Shown piece after piece: positions 56,635 through 64,000 of a stretch of 64,000 bases of DNA. Position 1 is the stretch's first letter. Every line of letters begins with the position of its first letter. The notes under the pieces were generated by a model that saw only the letters and a program-made list of their open reading frames with translations, searched no databases and was not told the origin of the DNA. The translations under genes were made by a program, and so were the position numbers. The DNA is from Octopus vulgaris (Eukaryota): the NCBI GenBank assembly GCA_951406725.2, contig OX597816.1, positions 106,826,001 to 106,890,000 on the forward strand. The letters run 5' to 3'.

Positions 56635-57496
56635 CCCACCACCATTATAGGTGTCTACTCTTTGAACCCCCTCTTCAATACGCTATTTCACCATGCATTA
56701 CCCCTCTCTCGATATCCTACGTTCTACTTGCCTAGAACCTGTCCTCTGGACCACCCCTCCCACTGGTGCTCACCCCTCCCACTGGTGCTCACCCCTCCCA
56801 CTGGTGCTCACCCCTCCCACTGGTGCTCCCCTATATTTCTGCATCCCCCCACCACCATTATAGGTGTCTACTCTTTGAACCCCCCTCTTCAATACGCTAT
56901 TTCACCATGCATTACCCCTCTCTCGATATCCTACGTTCTACTTGCCTAGAACCTGTCCTCTGAACCACCCCTCCCACTGGTGCTCCCCTATATTTCTGCA
57001 CCCCCCACCACCATTATAGGTGTCTACTCTTTGAACCCCCTCTTCAATACGCTATTCACCATGCATTACCCCTCTCTCGATATCCTACGTTCTACTTGCC
57101 TAGAACCTGTCCTCTGAACCACCCCTCCCACTGGTGCCCACCCCTCCCACTGGTGCTCCCCTATATTTCTGCATCCCCCCCACCACCATAATAGGTGTCT
57201 ACTCTTTGAACCCCCCTCTTCAATACGCTATTTCACCATGCATTACCCCTCTCTCGATATCCTACGTTCTACTTGCCTAGAACCTGTCCCCTGAACCACC
57301 CCTCCCACTGGTGCTCTCCTATATTTCTGCACCCCCCACCACCATTATAGGTGTCTACTCTTTGAACCCCCCTCTTCAATACGCTATTTCACCATGCATT
57401 ACCCCTCTCTCGATATCCTACGTTCTACTTGACTAGTACCTGTCCTCTGAACCACCCCTCCCACTGGTGCTCCCCTATATTTCTGCACCCCCCCCC
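56635..57496. repeat. C-rich ~156-bp tandem repeat x5 with a variable 20-bp subrepeat (cacccctcccactggtgct)
   Basis: Unit markers at 56641, 56854, 57010, 57185, 57341; subrepeat copy numbers 4,1,2,1,1. Confidence 0.95.
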
Positions 57497-57743
57497 ATAA
57501 AAAGCACCATCCGAACGTGGCCGATGCCAGACCCCTCTGGCACCTGTGCAGGTGGCACGTAAAAAACACCCACTACACTCGCGGAGTGGTTGGCGTTAGG
57601 AAGGGCATCCAGCTGTAGAAACACTGCCAGACTAGACTGGAGCCTGGGGCAGTCCCGAGCTCCCCAGACCCCGGTCGAAACCGTCCAACCCGTGCTAGCG
57701 CGGAAAACGGACGTTAAACGATGATGATGATGATGATGATGAT
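57497..57743 (+). mobile_element. LINE 3' tail with (ATG)n, same family as 51580-51820 (minus-strand relative at ~45535-45720)
   Basis: gtggttggcgttaggaagggcatccagctgtagaaaca...ggacgttaaacg(atg)n. Confidence 0.85.
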
Positions 57744-57749
57744 ATATAT

Positions 57750-58232
57750 GCGCATGTTAGCCGTATGAAAGATGGCAGAATCCCCAAGGACACAATCTAC
57801 GGAGAGCTTGCTAGGGGTACTAGGTCTGTGGGTAGACCGATCTTACGTTACAAGGATGTTTGCAAAAGGGAAATGAAGGCATGCAACATCAATATTAGCG
57901 GTTGGGAGGCAGTTGCCGGCAACCGTGGAGAATGGCGACGTACCGTAAAAGAGGGAGTACAAAGGAGTGACAGAGAGAGAGAGAGGAGAAATGGAAAGAA
58001 AAGAAGAGACGTCAACAAGAGACTATGGCATTACAACCAGCCAGGAACAGTCTACGCTATATTTGCGGTACCTGCCAGAGGGAGTGTTTGTCCAGGATAG
58101 GACTACACAGCCACAGCAGGAAATGTATCAGGACATGAAATATAAAAGTCGGACTAGACTACTTTATGCGCAACTCCATTGTCTCCCGAGACAGAAAGGA
58201 TGCCAACCAACCAACCAACCAACCAACCAACA
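57750..58232 (+). mobile_element. RTE (BovB-like) LINE 3' end with C2H2-like finger and (CCAA)n tail
   Basis: HVSRMKDGRIPKDTIYGEL..GRPILRYKDVCK; frameshifted CGTCQRECLSRIGLHSHSRKC. Confidence 0.88.
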
Positions 58233-58235
58233 AGC

Positions 58236-58278
<43 letters not shown>

Positions 58279-59131
58279 AAGATTATATATATATATATAA
58301 AGATTATATATATAAAGCAATATATATATATATATATATAAAGATTATATATATATATATAAAGATTATATATATAAAGCATATATATATATATATATAT
58401 ATATATAAAGATTATTTGCTAACATAATGTGGCAGGCCCGGTTGGGACGAATGTTACAGTTATATAGCCCCAGGAAACATCGTCTCCAGCTGTCGAAAGG
58501 AGAATTGACGGTTAAGTAAAAATTAAATATAAATTTGAGAAAACATATACCCCCTTATTCGGTAATTCACAACGTACATACAAATGCAGCTTGGCCAGTA
58601 AAAAAAATTGAAGGAGGTTTTAAATAGAGCTACCTATTGGATCTCATAGAGAGGATGTCAGTTTTAATATTACATATATTAGCACCAACTTCCTATATAT
58701 TTAGTCTAGATCCAAATAAACGTGACTGGAAGAACGAATATATCAATCCCATGAAATGATAACTAAGAAAAATAACCTATGTACGTTAAACGTCTTTTTT
58801 TTTTGTGTATTTCTATTAACTACTGAGGAGTACAAGTATGACTATTACGATTTTCTATTTATGAATATCTGAGTCCATTTGTATGAAACAATTGTATAGC
58901 AATATGAAAAATAAAAACTATAATCTATTTTAACATCCAATCTCATTCATTACATAAATATGAATGAATTTGTTGAACTTTATTTAATACGTGGAGTCAT
59001 ATACTGATTATTTCAATACAAGCTTTCATACCAATGCGAATTTTATAAAAAAAAATTGAAAGTAAAGTATGAAAATACATTAGAAATCTTAGGAAAAAAT
59101 TCCGATTAAAGAACGAACATACATTCATCTG

Positions 59132-59191
<60 letters not shown>

Positions 59192-59654
59192 CAACACACA
59201 CACGTATCCACTCACATATAAATATCTAATATTTTACACAGTCCTAGAGCAGTCTTAAATTTCGATTCTCTTTTGTAAACATATCTACTGCGTGAAATGA
59301 AACTGATTTTCAATAGATTAATTGTGAAGGAAGATAACGAAATGTGAGGAAAAGAAAAGAAACGATAAACGGCCAAAAATTGAACTGACAGATCCAGACA
59401 AAGGTCACAGAATTTCATGAAACTAGTTATTGACGCAATACAGTAAATGTCTTGCAATATTGAATAGTATGTCATTCAGTTCTTTAAATCGTTTAGTCTA
59501 GAGATTTTCATTTTTTCTTATAGCATACTGCATATCCAACCATGTTGGTTTAATCTTAGAATGGGTTGTAAAGTGGTTAAATGCGATAAAATAGAAAATG
59601 GAGATACAGTTTTGCTGTCTAACCGTTTTGTTATTCTTAAAAATTAAAACGTGA

Positions 59655-60367
59655 AGAAGGCGACGAGTTGGTAAAATCATTAGCACGCCGGGCGAAATAC
59701 GTAGAGGCATTTCGTCCGTCTTTACGTTCTGAGTTGACTTTGCCTTTCATCGTTTCGAGGTCGATAAAATAAGTACGAGCTGAGTACTGGCTCGATATAA
59801 TCGACTTACCCTTCTATGAAATTGCTGGCCTTGTGCCAAAAATTTGAAACCAATATTAGAACGTAAAGGAGAAATCTTTACCACTGAATGGTATCAACTG
59901 TCTTAGTCTCCCAAGTCACTACTCAAGAAGAAACCACCAGAGGTTTTTCAACGCAATACATATTGACTTCTCATGGAGACACTCTCATACAAATTGTTGC
60001 CGAGGGCAGTATTCAGATTAGTTTTTATCAACTCTAGAAATTGGGGAATGAAGGACAATGAAGGATTTGAAATCAGAATGTAAAGAGTCGCAATTAGATA
60101 TTAAAGCAATTTTTTTAATGCAGTACTCTGTTTCTGCGCGTATTTTGAGGAGAAGGAGCAATTAAATATTTACCTGATACTTATTTTATTGACGCTGGGA
60201 AGATGTTGCAAGCACAATCTATCTCTGTGTGATTCAACTCAGAATCGATCTATACATCAACACAGTCCTGCTTTGATGGAGTCAGAGGGGCACCGTCTTG
60301 ATATACAGTGTAGTTTTGGCATTTAAACCTGACGGAGTCCATATCTCTCTATGTATGAGATAGATAA

Positions 60368-60401
<34 letters not shown>

Positions 60402-61580
60402 AATTATCGACTCTATTGCTGAAACTTCATTTATCGACATCAAAGGGCTGAAAGCAAAGTTGACTTCGGCTGAATTTGGACTCAGAACGTAGAGAATTGG
60501 AACAAACAGTGCAAAGCATTCGCGTATCCGACACTCTAATGACTCTGCCAACTTGCCTTTTTAATCTATTGAAGTTCTTTAAAAAGAAAAGTGTCTTCTT
60601 AAAATATTGATTTCTAACAAAGGTAAAAATAACATATTTTAAGGAATTATGTATTCGAGTCAACTGATTAAATACCGCACTTGAGTGGTCCTTAAATTTT
60701 TGACTGGCGGGTTGAAAATGAAAACGATTTTGGTGAAATTTGAACTCAGAATGTAAAGAAAGATAATTATATTCCATTTTGTTTGGTACGATGTTAATTC
60801 TGCTAACCATTCTATAATATTTATCTGAAATAGGGGCAGCGAGCTGGCAGAAACGTTAGCACGCCGGGAGAAATGCTTAGCAGTATTTCGTCTGCCGCTA
60901 CGTTCTGAGTTCAAATTCCACCGAGGTTGACTTTGCCTTTCATCCTTTAGGGGTTGATTAAATAAGTACCATTTACGCACTGGGGTCGATATAATCGACT
61001 TAATCCGTTTGTCTGTCCTTGGTTGTCATCTCTGTGTTTAGCCCCTTGTGGGTAGTAAAGAAATAGGTATTTCGTCCGTCTTTACGTTCTGAGGGCAAAT
61101 TCTGCCGAGGTCTTTTTTTCCTTCATCCTTCCAAGATCGATAAAACGAGAACCAGTCGAAAACCGGGATCGATGTAATCGACTTAAACCCTCCTCTGAAC
61201 TTGCTGGCATTGAGCAAAAATTCAAAGCTAATATTTATCTGAAGTATATATATATTCTATCAATTGTGCAGGACCACACATTTTAGGTGTTGTGTATAGT
61301 TGACTTACTGTATTCTCAAGCATGCAAGTATATAGCGTAAGCATGTAGTGTAAACATTCGAACATTAGCACTATGTTTCCAAATCCTGCTGCGTTTCACA
61401 TGGAATTTTTGGCTCTCCAAAGTCATCTTGGTGTATAAGTCGACTTCCCTATTTTTGGCAGTAAATTTTATCATCATAAGAATGAAAGGCAAAGTCGACT
61501 TCGAACCCAAAATATAAAGGTCGCTTGACAAAACTGCGAAAGCCATCTAATCCGTCACTCTAACGTTTCTGCGCCGCTCA
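59655..61580. mobile_element. Cluster of family A SINEs in both orientations (best copies 59655-59855 +, 60400-60560 -, 60833-61235 +)
   Basis: Repeated family A head and core. Confidence 0.8.
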
Positions 61581-61678
61581 CTATCCTTTGATGTCTTCAA
61601 AATATTAATAAATCTTTAAACAATCTATCTAAAAGGCTTTTCTTAATTATCTCAGTCTATCTTTTCCCCACTCTCTCA

Positions 61679-62261
<583 letters not shown>

Positions 62262-62477
62262 ATTTTTTTAAGCTGCAACAATGAATACATTTAAATAAGA
62301 AACAACTCGTCTGCCCCTCCCCTACTACTTCCCTCCCCTAAAAGGGTCCATTGTTATTATTACTAATTTGTTTACTCTTAATTCTTATCAATTACTAGCT
62401 ATTAATAACTTTCCTAAAGACCTTCCATTTAATTATCGCTTGAATAGACAGACATCTTTTGAAGAAAATTGCGAAAC

Positions 62478-62531
<54 letters not shown>

Positions 62532-63329
62532 GTATCAAAACTAACAACAATAAGAAGAACAGCAATAACAAAATTTCTTTTTCTTTTATTTGCCACAAGA
62601 GCGACGGATAAGTCGACATTACAAGGATAAACTAAAAGGCGGTGGGTTTTGACACTGAGTATGAAACATGAGACAATAAATGTATAAAATAAATGTATAA
62701 ACATTGAAAAAAAGAGAGAAAACGTTGTGAATATGTGTCTGTGTACACAAACGCAACAACCCGCGCATACGCATGCACAGGCGCACACACACGCACACAC
62801 ACACATACACGCACACACACACGGGATTTATTCCATCTCAATCAGATTTTAAAATTAACTTTTTAAAAACTAAACAGTTTGAAACTTGGAATGCTGCTAG
62901 AATTTCACACGTAGAACACGGTTTACTCTGAACGTTTTTGACCAAATTTCGTATTTTAGAAGTTATTTCGTATTGAAGTTGTCGTATTTAAGGAATTTCA
63001 ACCAATCAACGACGTGTATTCGGTTGAAGAAAGCTACTGCCGTTTGCGACCGTAATCCAAGAGGAACAACTTCCGGGTCATCTGTGATTGTGATGGAATA
63101 GATCCTACACACGAACACACATACGAATGAGTGAACGAAAAGGAAGTAGCAGTCAACACATTCAGTTGGAGTTATATGTATTTAGAATAAGTTTGATTCT
63201 GCTCTACATTACTTAAAGTTTTATGGACATATGACATATCCGCATCATCAGATGACCAATTTTCTTCGGACTCTCACTCGCATCTGTCAGATGGATTCGC
63301 TACCTTATCTCTGTTTCAAAGTGTATTTA

Positions 63330-64000
63330 TGCGCGTGTGCATGAGTGTTTGTGGCGAAAAGGGAGATCCTACACAAAAGTCTGGACTGTCAAATATAAGC
63401 ACCCTCTCCTTATTTACTCTCCATGATCTATAGGCGAGCATATTGAGAGTAGACTAATTCACCTTGGCCATGCTCGTCTCTCTCATACATCTGTTAGCAA
63501 TGTACTGGTGCCAAACACTTCGTCCTCAACACACATCATTTTATTCACAGAGTACTTGCGAAAGTCGATTGGGGTTTGGTTAGAGAGAAAACGCTCTTTA
63601 GTTCGTTTAATTTTAATCACTCTTCATCTTTCGCGGCAGCGTCCAGAGAGATGTTACTTCTCTTTTCCTTTCAAAGAAAGGTGGCGGGGTGATCTTCACA
63701 ATATTCAGTTGAGAGCCAAATCAACCTTTCACACTATGACAGTAATTCTACATAGCACTACACGTCAGCAATGTTTGGACACTGAATAAGTGTTCGGAAA
63801 ACGGGGTCATCACTTTCCACGCATCTTAAGCAGGGCCAATTGATAGTATTGTTGTGACTGTAGAACTTAACCTGAACTGTCAATCACCTTCGGAGGCTCT
63901 GCCAAGCCGAGGTTTTTCGTTTTGTAAGTTGCTCGTGGGCTCCGAGTTGAATGTTATTTGGAGCATATTGCTTAATAGATCTCCACATACACTTTGGGTA
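63330..64000 (-). mobile_element. Decayed Tx1/L1-type LINE ORF2 C-terminus (zf-RVT-like), running off the window end
   Basis: Minus frames RKTSAWQSLRR*LTVQVKFY and PCLRCVESD resemble the W-x-RGALPV..CPRC motif region. Confidence 0.55.

Noticed and set aside
52704-57496. CRISPR-like array
   Set aside because: Units repeat in full with no unique spacers; eukaryotic context; no cas genes

Overview
AT-rich, microsatellite-saturated eukaryotic DNA. The tRNA-derived SINE families and repeat landscape look like a coleoid cephalopod, probably Octopus (inference). No intact host protein-coding gene is evident, and nearly all ORF-track entries are translations of (TA)n/(CA)n/(TATG)n tracts. The window holds decayed transposons: RTE, CR1, Dong/R4-like and Tx1/L1-like LINE fragments, Penelope-like GIY-YIG/RT remnants, a mariner remnant with MITEs, a hAT element with an 8-bp TSD, a non-autonomous Helitron and many SINEs. 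The most notable items are: (1) a 546-bp-spaced pair of minimal hammerhead-ribozyme motifs near a Penelope endonuclease remnant, plus further variant hammerhead-like motifs; (2) a 261-nt foldback with a 57-bp inner stem and a neighbouring 44-nt hairpin in otherwise unique sequence; (3) a nearly homogeneous 389-bp x ~10 tandem array abutting a 156-bp array; (4) a strong CTCF-like motif; (5) two weak candidate + strand exons. Boundaries of degraded elements are approximate.
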